The translations under genes and the position numbers were made by a program. Below, piece after piece: positions 53,545-64,000 of a stretch of 64,000 nucleotides of DNA (the first letter of the stretch is position 1; each line of letters opens with the position of its first letter). The notes beneath the pieces were generated by a model. It ran no database searches. It was not told where the DNA came from and was given only the letters and a program-made list of their open reading frames with translations. Source of the stretch: Camelus ferus (Eukaryota); the NCBI RefSeq assembly GCF_009834535.1, contig NC_045696.1, positions 10,976,001-11,040,000 on the forward strand. The letters are read 5' to 3'.

Positions 53545-53732
53545 TTTTTTTTAATTGAAGTATAGTTGATTTACCATATTATGTTAGTTTCAGGTGTACA
53601 ATAGAGTGATTCAGTTTTGGTTTTTATTATATTCTATTTTAGAGATTACAAGATATTGAATATAATTCCCTGTGCTATACAGTAGGTCCTTGTTGCCTAT
53701 CTGTTTTATTTGCAGTAGTTTGTATCTGTTAA
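53545..53732 (-). mobile_element. Short L1 3' end
   Basis: ttttaattgaagtatagttgattt...tgtgctatacagtaggtccttg. Confidence 0.75.
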
Positions 53733-55064
53733 GAACTAAAGAAAGTGAAGTAGAGGGGATGTGAACCGTCTGCCAGGTCTGTAGACACTTGGCTGACCCA
53801 GCACGTGTCTGTTATGCGTTAGCTTCTTGTAATCGTCTGAAGTATTTACACAAAAACCATTTCATCGAAGGAGAAACATAAGTCATACCACTCACATACA
53901 GATAATGTGAGTCTGGAGGAAAAGAATTTCAGGATTTTTAAAGAAATGAATGTTTTTATCAGATGCTTTTCTTTCTGTGTTGCTGTTGCTAGTTGCTACC
54001 ACCGTCCACCGCAGGCCTTCTCACTTGATAACTGCTTTTTCTTTCAGTCCTCCCGGTGCACTGGGCATAATTATGGTTTCCCAAATTCTTCAAGCTCTTA
54101 ACCAACCCTTTAAGTGCCTCAGGAAAGACTGCCCCTCTGTGCCTGTTAACATAGGGAAGGCTCTGGGAAGGCCTACAGGGAAGGCTTCGGTTCAGTCCAG
54201 TGTTCACAAAATGCATCTGACTGCAGAACCTTTTTAAAAAGTACAGATAATAACTATTAACATCTTGTCAGATTGGCATATCTGAGAACCTGTTAGGAAA
54301 GTGGTGGCCTGGACCCTGCTCGGCTCTCTTCACCCCCCAAGACTTTCTTCTGTGGAAATCCTTCCTATTCATTCCTATCACTTCTTCCCTTTGTGTGTAT
54401 TTTTATGTAGTCATTTCATAATTTAGAGAGAGGGATTTCACAGGGGTTTCAGTCATTTGCTGAGGTGATTTGCCAAAAGTTGCCGAGTTTCCGGGCAACC
54501 AGGCCCAACTTCCCATCACACCGGCCTCACCAGACCTGCCCTGTGAGCCCGTAGGTCAGAACGCAGTGGGCCAGCAGGTGAGGGCTCGCTCCCAGTGGCC
54601 TCACCGACCAGGCCCTTGGCCCTCTTCTTATTTCTTTCTGCTCTTTCTCCCTAAACATGTTACCTTCTCTGCCAAATACAAATTCCACTCTCTGCAGATA
54701 AGTCTGAAATCTCTGTCCTCCACCTGCAGCCTGAGTTTTCAGCTGGTTCTTAGGTGGGTCCACCTGAAAGTCCAGCCAGCACTGCGGTCTCAGGTCCCTG
54801 CACAGGGATTCATCGATTCCTCCGCCCTGTATTCTGTACCCAGGCGGAGGCACTTCTGCAGACTTTTCACTTCTACTAACAGAGTCACCAGTGTCTCAGT
54901 TGTCCAGGCTGTTGTCCTCGGTGTCACCTTCAGCACGTTTCTCTCGGATGCCCGTATGCCTTAAGTCTGGTCCTGTCCCTTCTGCTCCCATGAAGCATCT
55001 TAAATCCCCCTCCTCCTTTCATTTCCGCAGTCACCACTTTATTTAAGGCTCCCTGATAGCTTTG

Positions 55065-55839
55065 TGTTCAGACACCAGCGCGTGGGTGGTGCCTGCAGTT
55101 CAGCTTATCTCTGACGCTGACCACCAGAGCTGGCGCAGACCCCACAAGTTAAAGGGTGAGGTCTCCAACCAGACCTCCCTTACTTCAGACACTAGGCAAC
55201 CACACTTCTGTCTGACTTGGCTACTGATTTGGAGGTTCCCACGACCCCCTTCAGGATCAGTAATTCGCTAGAGTGACTCACAGAGCGCGTGCTGTGCTTA
55301 CTCTTGTAGTTTTGTCGTAAAGGATACAACTCAGAAACCACCAGATGGAGGAGACCCATAGGGCAAGGCTGGGGGTCGGGGTGCAGAGCCTCCGTGCCCT
55401 CTCCTCCTCCGTGGACTCCGGGCACCCACCCTCCAGAACGTCAGTGTGTTCTCCACCCAGGAGCTCCTCTGAGCATCAATGTCCAGAATTTTTATCGGGG
55501 TTTCATTGTTTGGACCTGATTGGTTAAATCATCGGCCACGTGATTGAGTTCATCCCAGTCCCCTTCCTTCCCCAGGCGTTGATGATGGCAGGTCCGAAAG
55601 CTCCAGCCCTCTAATCTCAGCTCAGGCTTCCTGGGGAGACTGTCCTCCCCCGGCCATGAAACTATCTAAGGGCTCATGTGGGTCACCTTGTTGGCATGAA
55701 CTCAGGTTTGGTCAGAAAGACTCGTTACGAATAACAGGACACTCCGATCATTTACAAAGTGCCCAGGGGTTCTGAAGCTCTGTGCCTGGAGCAGTGCCAG
55801 AAGCAGGGGGCAGAGATCAGATACATCCTTTATATCACA
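55065..55839 (-). mobile_element. MER21-like ERVL solo LTR
   Basis: ctgacgctgaccaccagagctggcgcagaccccacaagttaaaggg...; ends atatcaca (reverse of TGTGATAT). Confidence 0.7.
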
Positions 55840-56489
55840 CCTTTCCCCTGCACTCTTCAGAGCCTGCTGCCTGGTCTCCCCACTGCCTAGCTCCGTGCTC
55901 CACCCACTGCAAGGTTAGTCTCCCAGCATCACCACCTCTTCCCGGAAGTTCCACCTGCTGCCCGTTGTTCTCACGGTCAATGCCGACTCCACAGCCTGGC
56001 GTCCATGGCCCTTCCAAAGCGGGCTCCAGCCGGCCCGGCCAGCAGCCTCTTCTCTTCCCCTCCCCAAGCAGCATGGGCTGCTGGCTGTTACCTGCTTTTC
56101 TTTGCTGCTGCTTGTTCTGAAGCCCCCTGTTCCCATCTCCACCCAGTCACTCCACTTGCGTTTGAAGGGCCACCTGGGATGCTGTCCTCTCTGCACTGTT
56201 TCCTGGTCCCCATCCCGTCTGTACTGCTGGACTGGGGTTCCTTCCTCTTGAACCATTCCCTGCACATCACTGCAGTCTCCCTGGTGCTGCTCGTGTTCTG
56301 CTCTGTGATCCAGGTCGTGGTGGCCGTGGCGCAGCCCCAGAAGTAGGCTGTAGTCACTGGGAGCGAGCTGTGTTTGGTTCGTTTCATTACTCTGGCAGTA
56401 TGTGGCACGGGGCTGTACAAGAACTTGACTGATAACTTGTTGAATTGTTTAGCTGTGTCTTAGATAACAATGGCTGCAACTACTTTTAG

Positions 56490-56648
56490 AAACAAGTGGA
56501 AGCCAGCGTCTGCGTTACCATGGAGATGGTGAAAGACGCCTTGGACCAGCTTCGAGGTGCGGTGATGATTGTGTATCCCATGGGGTTGCCACCTTACGAT
56601 CCCATCCGGATGGAATTTGAAAATAAAGAAGACCTGTCGGGAACTCAG
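56490..56648 (+). CDS. CFAP298: CFAP298 exon 4 (KQVEASVCVTMEMVKDALDQLRGAVMIVYPMGLPPYDP...SGTQ)
   Basis: tttag|AAA, CAG|gtatgt. Confidence 0.95.
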
Positions 56649-57154
56649 GTATGTGGCCCCTGTGCCGTCTGTAAGGTGGGTTCACACCCTCCCTGAAGAG
56701 CAAAAGCCCTCAGACCTGGCCGTCCTCTTCTGGTGTAGTTTACGCTTCATGCGCAGCTTTCCACTTGCTGGGCCAGGCTTCAGAGCAGAGCCGTGAATTC
56801 AGGGGACGCCCTGAGGACGCGCTCCTGGCTGCGGGTTTGGCCCGCACACAGACACACAGGGGCGCAAGGTTTGTGCAGCTGGCCAGCCGGAGTAACTGAA
56901 AACACTCTCGTTTTCTTTGGCCACTGAAAAGCTAGAAACCTAATTGGTGCCTATTTCTACCCAAACATACTGGTTCCTTTGCATGGAATTTTGTGTTCTA
57001 GCCTTACCTGTTGCTCCTTGTTACTTTCCTAGGTTTATGTTCCATTCTCCTTTGTTTTTCTCATTTATTCCTTATTCTATGGGATGGTATCTATTCCTCT
57101 GAGCCATCTTAAATCACTGGAATATTCAGGAGCGAACAAACAGCCCCATTATAG

Positions 57155-57645
57155 CTAGACCGTTCTTCCTTGATTTTCAGTGGGGTTGTATCCCCATAAG
57201 CCCATCATAAGTTGAAAATATAAGTCAAAAATGCATTTAATACACTTAACCTATTGAACATCATAGTTTAGCCTCGCCTACCTTAAGTGTGCTCAGAACA
57301 CTGACATTAGCATATGGTTGGGCAAAATCATCTAACACAAAGCCCTTTTTATAATGAAGTGTTGAATATCTCATGTGATTTATTGAATCCTGTACTGAAA
57401 GTGAAAAACAGAGTAGTGGTCTAGGTACAGGGTGGTTGTAAGTGTGCGGGTTGATCACTGGCAGGCGAGGCTGACTGAGCGCTGCTTGCTGCTGCTGCCC
57501 AGCGTCACGAGGTATCACACTGTGTATCCGAAAAGATCAAAATTCAAAATTTGAAGTGTAGTTTCTACAGAATGCGTATCACTTTCACACCATCATATGG
57601 TCAAAAAGTCAGAAATCGAACTGTCATAAGTTGCAGACTTCTGTA
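57155..57645. mobile_element. MER47/Tigger5-like DNA transposon
   Basis: cccatcataagttgaaaatataagtcaaaaatgcatttaatacac...ttgggcaaaatcatctaacacaaagcc. Confidence 0.75.
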
Positions 57646-57959
57646 TTTCAACACCCAGCAGGATTCCAGTCGTCTTCCCTGGCAGTAACCAAAAAATCCA
57701 TCTAAGAGGGACCTATCACAGATGAGAGTGCCCATGAGATAGGATACCCCCTTCCCAGAGCAAGAAGTTACTGGAGTTAGGGCCTGAGTTGAAACTAACA
57801 GGGAAGGTGCTGGAATGAGCAAGGGCTCTGAGTAGGTGGGGGAGGGCAGGATGCTGGAAGCCTGTCCCACGCTGGGAGGGGCTCTGGCCAGCCTCCCTGC
57901 ACCCAGGGTGCCTGGCAGTGTCCTGACAACCCTAAAGCTGGTTTTTACCATGGCCCCAG

Positions 57960-58091
57960 GCAGGACTGAATGTCATCAAAGAATCAGAGGCACAACTGTG
58001 GTGGGCTGCCAAAGAGTTAAGAAGAACAAAGAAGCTTTCCGACTACGTGGGGAAAAATGAAAAAACCAAAATTATTGTCAAGATTCAACAA
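57960..58091 (+). CDS. CFAP298: CFAP298 exon 5 (AGLNVIKESEAQLWWAAKEL...KIQQ)
   Basis: cccag|GCA, CAA|gtaagt. Confidence 0.94.
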
Positions 58092-58840
58092 GTAAGTACT
58101 TTTACTTTGACATACCACTATTTTTCACTTACTTTCAAACTGACGGCAGTTTACAGTGAATCTGAAAGATTTAAACTCCTCGTGCAGACACTTCAGTCCT
58201 GCTGGTCCAGGCTTAAAGTAAAACTGGCCTCTTTACAGAGCTACAAAAACTGGAGGAAAGTATGGATTGAGGACAATACCTAGGGTGTGTTTTAATTAGG
58301 GGGGAAAGGAGAGTCTGCCTTGTTAATTTCAGCTTTAAAAATAGGGCTCCAGGTAACTAAAAAATGTTTCTTGAAATGAAAAATACAGCTGAGAGCTCTG
58401 TTTTCAAGTTTGCCTCAGTGCTGATCCCCTGTGAAGGAGGCTGGGGTGGGGGGGTGGCCGTAAGGACAGTGTGGGGCCTTATCTCTGCAGGCCGCTGTGT
58501 GGTGTGCTCTCTCCCAAATCATCTCTACAACTGGGGGAAGCAGCCCCTCCCCCCCGTGATTATCTCTGCCCCTTTCCCACTGGGCCTGCGGTGGTTGACT
58601 TGGGAATGGCTGTGACTGAGATGGCACAACCCCGCCTCTCCTGTGAGGGTCTTGAGGGGCTGCCAAAGACCTAACTTCCCCTGATACTTCACTTTGGAGG
58701 AGCAGAAATGGAAGTGGATGACCTGTTTATCTTTAGTAGTTGACAAAGGCAAGTGTAAGACATTTGCTGTAACTTCCTGGGGCGTCCTTACAAGGATGCC
58801 CTAACCTGCAATTTGCAAACCCTAACCCTCATCTTTTCAG

Positions 58841-58936
58841 AGGGGACAGGGAGCTCCAGCCCGAGAGCCTATTATTAGTCCTGAGGAGCAGAAACAGCTG
58901 ATGCTGCATTACCACAGAAGACAGGAGGAGCTCAAG
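58841..58936 (+). CDS. CFAP298: CFAP298 exon 6 (RGQGAPAREPIISPEEQKQLMLHYHRRQEELK)
   Basis: ttcag|AGG, AAG|gtacca. Confidence 0.95.
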
Positions 58937-59224
58937 GTACCAGGGGAATGACGGGTTTTCAACAGAGCTGGCGCCTGGGTGTTCACCCGCATGCCTTCCC
59001 CACAGCACTGGGGCAGTTAAGGGGCAGCGTGTTCTGCAGGATGTGGAGAGGAGACTTTCTGAGCTTCAGCCTCTCCAGGGCTGTGGGGCCCCACCAGGTG
59101 TCCACCTGCATTAGAGCCTAGAAATACCCTGCTTCTGGGGAGGCGGGGAGCGAGGAGGTTGGTCTTCGGTTCTGCCAAACACTTTCCTGCGATGCCTTCC
59201 TGAGTAAAACACATTTATTTCCAG

Positions 59225-59335
59225 AAATTGGAAGAAAATGATGATGACTCCTGTTTAAATTCTCCGTGGGCAGATAACACCGCTTTGAAAAGACATTTTC
59301 ATGGGGTAACAGACATAAAGTGGAGACCAAGATGA
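59225..59335 (+). CDS. CFAP298: CFAP298 exon 7 (KLEENDDDSCLNSPWAD...DIKWRPR*)
   Basis: tccag|AAA; TGA ends 59335; exons sum 139+168+68+159+132+96+111=873 nt = 290 aa + stop. Confidence 0.95.
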   Translation, partial: KLEENDDDSCLNSPWADNTALKRHFHGVTDIKWRPR

Positions 59336-59397
59336 AGTTCACCAGTCGATGAAGCTTTCCGAAACATAGCTCCCCTTTCTTTAGGCAAAATAATAAT

Positions 59398-59534
59398 AAT
59401 AAAAATAAAAATAATAACTAAAAAGGACACCTGCAACCCTCTGTGAAAGATGTTGAAGTTTCTAGTTTTCCTAGTTTTTCTTTCAGTTTGAGTTTTTTAA
59501 ATAAAAGTTATTCAAGGTTTTACAACTTAATAAA
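59398..59534 (+). terminator. CFAP298 polyadenylation signal cluster
   Basis: AATAAA at 59398, 59404, 59500 and 59529. Confidence 0.65.
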
Positions 59535-60898
59535 TACATCCTCAAAAGAATCTGCCTGGATTAATTTTATTTTCAGGACAGCTGTCTAGTATTTGAGGTT
59601 TTTCTTTGGCAAAATACTGAAGATGTAATTACAAACATCTTTTCTTCCTGGTTTCTTTATTCTGTAGTCTCAGGACAGCTGCTGTATTACAGGAGATTGA
59701 AAGTACCTTTTCTCCACCGTAGTCAAGGACCTGCTGTGACACGCGGCCATCAGTGGCCACTAGAGGCCGCCCGCCACTTCCTTGTCCCGCAGTTTTCTTG
59801 GGGCCTCCTGTGGGACTGTCAGAGGCTTGACTCTCAGCCTTGTTTCAGAGACTGGGGTGACCCAGCGGGAGGGTCTAACTGTAGTCTGGCGTCTCCAAGC
59901 TTCAAAGGTTGAAGTTCGCCTCCTGGCTGATACCTGGCTGAGCTTGTCTTCCAGGTGTAAAGGCTGTATCTGTGATGGAGGTTGGGTGGCCACAGTAGGC
60001 TGACCTTGAAACTGGACAGGATCTTTTGTAATTTCCGGGCTTTTCCTGAAAACCAGTGCAGATCCTGGATCTCCATGTGGATTCAGCCCGCAGCTCTCGG
60101 TGTGCTGAGGTTGGCACCAAGGCTGACCAATGGCACCGGGCTCAGGTCCCTTGTGGGCTGGGTGACCATCGGCCACAGGACACACTGGCTCACCTGTCAT
60201 CCTGACCAGTTTTCTAGCACACCTTTGATTTGAAATACTCCAACTATCATCTCCAAAAATCATCTCCAAAAATCTGACACGTCAGCAGCTCAAGTACATC
60301 TCTCAGATTGCCTGTGTGTCCAGAAGCGACCTAAGCATCTTGTCCTGCTCATTTTGGTCCATAGAATACTGTTCCCCTAGTTGGAGGGGACGCAGCGTGC
60401 TCACCCTGAGGAAAAGTGGGGATGGGGCGTTCCCTGCCCTGGTCTCCGGGTGCGCACTGCTCCCCGCGGTGCCCTAGCTCCACCCACAGCCACGAGGGCG
60501 GTGCCGCAGGAGCCCCCGTGGGTGCGGTTTCCACCTGCTGAGAGGCAGCCCTCCCTGGGGGGCGGGGCCAGGACCCTTGGTTTCCAGACCTGGTCCCATT
60601 GTGGGGGCGGGGACTGGCCGCTTCTCCCTCTGTGCTGCTTCATGGTTCAGAGGAGATAGAAGTAGGGACACAGCAACAAGACCCACTCAGACTCTGTCCC
60701 CACCGCAAGGGGAGGGCTTGTACCAGTAGAGACGAGTCCCTCTGGAGAGTACCCTCACAGGGTCCTCCAGAACCTTCTGCCGCCGGTCCTCACCTCCCCT
60801 CCATCCCCACGTTACCTAGGGAGGCTGCCCCTGAGCTATCTACTGGGATTTCTCTTGTTCTTAAAACTGCTAAAGCGGCTTGTAACGGACTAAATGTC

Positions 60899-61025
60899 GG
60901 GGTTTTTTTATTTAAGTATGGTCAGTTACAATGTGTCAGTTTCTGCTGTACAGCATTATGTCCCAGTCATGCATATATATATTCAATATCTTGTAATAAC
61001 CTTTAATGAAAAATAATATGAAAAT
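60899..61025 (-). mobile_element. Very short L1 3' end with inversion
   Basis: antisense L1 tail joined to sense attcaatatcttgtaataacc; TSD gact(a/g)aatgtc. Confidence 0.65.
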
Positions 61026-63684
61026 GACTGAATGTCTTGATTATACCTTACTCTTTTGGTTGATTGTCAAATTTTGTAAAATCAAATTTGCATCTGTTTT
61101 CTTCTTGATGTTCATTATTTAATTTTATTTTTATTTAAGTATAGCTGACTTACAATATTAGTTTCAGGTGTAACTTTCATTATAATTTTAATGTCTCCAG
61201 GGAAAGCTTTTGTCCTTGGATGACAAAGTTTGTAATAAGATCTTGTGAGTTTATTTGAGGAGCGCCTGCCTTTGTCAATGTCGAGTTTATGTGCGTTACA
61301 TCCATGTTCAACTTGCAAAAAATGTTAATCAAGCCACGTGATCACAGTAGCTCTTCTTAAGGGTCGCTATTTTCACATCATTAGAAATTCTTCTTGACTC
61401 AACGGGCTAGAAATGCTTTACATAATCACCAGAAGTTATTAGCCAAAGAGCCACTCACTCTGGAGTATAGAGATCACTAACGTCACACTACACCCCTTTA
61501 CTGAGGACTCACATAGAAAGAGCAGTCCTCTCTGCCTCATAACCCCGAGCTCTGTGTGCTCTGATGTAGCTGCATTAGAACAGAGGGACGAGAGCCACCT
61601 CTTCACAGCGCCTCTTAGGAAGTGGTGCGGGCAGTCACCGGTGCCTGCTCTCTGCTTGTGTGTGTTGATTCACTTCCCATCCACCCCGAGGAAGGCAGCG
61701 GTGACCTCAGAGGGGTGACCTGACTCATCTGTGGTCACATATCTAGTGAGGGTAGAGCCAAGGGGCCACGCCCAGGACTCCCCAAGATAATCAATTTATC
61801 AGTCGTCTTGCCAAGTGCCAGGCTGTGGATTAAGTATGCAGTCTTGGTGTTACTGTTTTTAAATCCCGTACATCTTTGTAATCACTATCAATAACGAAGT
61901 GTCTGTTGTCTGCAGGTTCCCAAGCTGGGTCTGCGGTTTTTAGCCTTTTATTTGTCTCCTCACGTGGTTGTTTCAGGGAGACCAGGAATGCCAGTGACAA
62001 AGTTTGACACCACCCAAAACCCTCTGGACCAGCAAACTGAAACACCAGGTGGTATTCTGTCACAGGATTGCCTCGTTCCTTGGCAACTGCTCTGCAAAGA
62101 ATGTGCGTCAAGCTTGAAATCACACGCTTAGGGCACAATCACCCTGAGCACTGCCGAATTCTCTACAAAGCCTCAGAAACACCCCAACCACACAGCCATC
62201 ATCACAAGATCCCAGGAGCAGGAGTCCTCTCTCCAAGTTACTCCAAGTGCCACCAGCCCAAGAGAGTCCCAGGAGAGATGTCATTGCTTCCCAAGTTCAA
62301 TACCCAGCATCATAGTGATGGTGGCTGCTTCCCAGCTACCATCATACCAAGTGCTTTCCACGTGTTTTCTTACTTACACGTCATGACGGCCAAACCAGGA
62401 AGAAACCAGTGTTGTCATTTCACAAATAAGGAAACCAAGGCCCAGAAAGGTTCTTTTGCCCAAGGTGAAGCATCTAAAAACCCACCTGCTTGCCCCAGAA
62501 TCAAGAATTAACTCTATGTTAAGTTTCCATTTATACCTATTGTAGATTCTAAACCGCGTGCTAGTGACCATCAGTGAGTGAATGACCACGGAACACACGT
62601 CTGGGAAGGGCCCCAACCAATGCTGTGTCCAGAGTGGGCAGATAGCAGCCTTTAATTTTCTGAATGTCTGAGGCCAACAGGGATGGGACTGTGGGTCCTA
62701 AGACTGCTTTGGTTCACTAACCACTGAAAAGGGGTAAAGATAAGTGAGCCCACCCTTGAGACGCTTTTAGCACTTGGCATCACTCTGAAAAAAGCTGCCC
62801 TGAACTATAGTCTGGGGTTGTGTCCCAGCTGGAGGAGGGACCCCAACCTGCTCTCTGGCCCAGGACACACCGGTCAGAGGATTCTCTGCCCATAGGATTC
62901 TGGGTCACACTAGCATGGACTGAGAGCTTAGCAGAGTCCACAGGCTAAGTCCCGGTCTGTCATTACTTTGAAAAGATTGAACTTGATACATTCAGACTAA
63001 GGAAACAGCCACAGCTGTCTTGCTAGTCCAGCTATGAGACGGGATTCCAAAAGACCATGTGAGCCAACATTGTCGTGAAATGCAGAACGCAAAGCACCAA
63101 AAACACTCTTTCTTTACAGTTTTGTCACCTAAATCCCTGATCCAGCACTGCTCAGCCACCATGTAACCACAGCTATGCCCCTGCCTTTCCCCTTAACCAC
63201 CCCCCACCACGAGTGCACTTGGCACCTCAGCCCACGCTACCTAACCTGGTCTGTTTTTTTCTCTTGGCTCATTGAGAGAGGCCACGGTACTGCAGGTGCC
63301 AGGTGGCCTCAGCACCTGGATGTGAGACCCATACCAGCGCCTCCATTCTGCCCCTTTGTCTGTCACATCGTTTTGAAACAAGACAAACCCATATATGAGT
63401 GGATGACAGGACAATAGTGCAATAAATGCCCACGGGCTTCCTCTGTACTCTCTCCCTGCCCGCTTACCATCGCCTCCCCACACACATCCCCACTCCCCTC
63501 CCCAAACAAGGTAGGCAGATACAATAGCAGCCTTATTCTGTGAGTTCTCATTTCTTGTTATCCTATTTGTGTTGTGTGAACGGGTCCCATATGCTCAGAG
63601 CAACTGTATGCTTCAGTGGTAAATTAGCAAAATACAAAATGCACTCAAAGCTTCTGCTATCAGAATCCTATGTTGGCATGAGGT

Positions 63685-64000
63685 ACCACTTGTATGTAGA
63701 ATCTAAAAAAATGATACAAATGAACTTATTTACAAAAACAGAAACAGACTCACAGACATAGAAAACAAATTTATGGTTACCAAAGGGTGCGGGGGAAGGG
63801 ATAAATTAGGAGTTTGGGAGTAACAGATATACACTACTATATATAAAATAGATAAGCAACAAGGTCCTACTGTGTAGCACAGAGAACTACGTTCAATATC
63901 TTCTAATAACCTATAATGGAAAAGAATCTGAAAAAGAATATATACATGTATATATAACTGGATCACTTTGCTATACACCTGAAACTAACACATTATAAAT
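63685..64000 (+). mobile_element. L1 3' end (artiodactyl type), runs off the window
   Basis: gaatctaaaaaaatgatacaaatgaacttatttacaaaaacagaaacagactcacagac... Confidence 0.85.

Noticed and set aside
54470..56420. ORFs of 100-164 aa in CFAP298 intron 3
   Set aside because: Low-complexity translations in GC-rich DNA in and around an LTR relic; not needed for the complete 290-aa CDS.
59760..60269. 169-aa minus-strand ORF and overlapping ORFs downstream of CFAP298
   Set aside because: No recognisable family or splice structure; open frames of this size are expected in GC-richer DNA.
62068..62511. 147-aa ORF as a possible TCP10L orthologue
   Set aside because: Non-ATG start, only a trivial GEM resemblance, and its 3' part is MIR-like (cacaaataaggaaaccaaggcccaga).

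Overview
Mammalian genomic DNA, most likely a camelid (inferred from a tRNA-Ala-derived Vic-1-like SINE and artiodactyl-type L1 3' ends), syntenic with human 21q22.11. The + strand carries the 3' three-quarters of SYNJ1 (synaptojanin 1). It has 23 coding exons in the window, from the end of the SAC1 domain through the 5-phosphatase, RRM-like and proline-rich regions, including a 24-nt microexon, the short stop-containing exon of the 145-kDa isoform and the long last exon of the 170-kDa isoform, then a ~2.2 kb 3' UTR. A decayed full-length RPS24 processed pseudogene follows, then a CpG-island promoter and the complete 7-exon CFAP298 (C21orf59) gene, whose exons sum to 873 nt (290 aa + stop). 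Introns and intergenic DNA hold L1, L2, MIR, LTR and DNA-transposon relics. I found no new gene or novel multi-gene system. The most interesting signals are smaller: three similar SP/RKE cassette exons, a hairpin behind the stop exon, apparent loss of both DPF motifs, a duplicated RFX+ETS promoter module, and L1 insertions showing inversion, transduction and stacking. Gene and repeat identities come from recalled sequences, not database searches.
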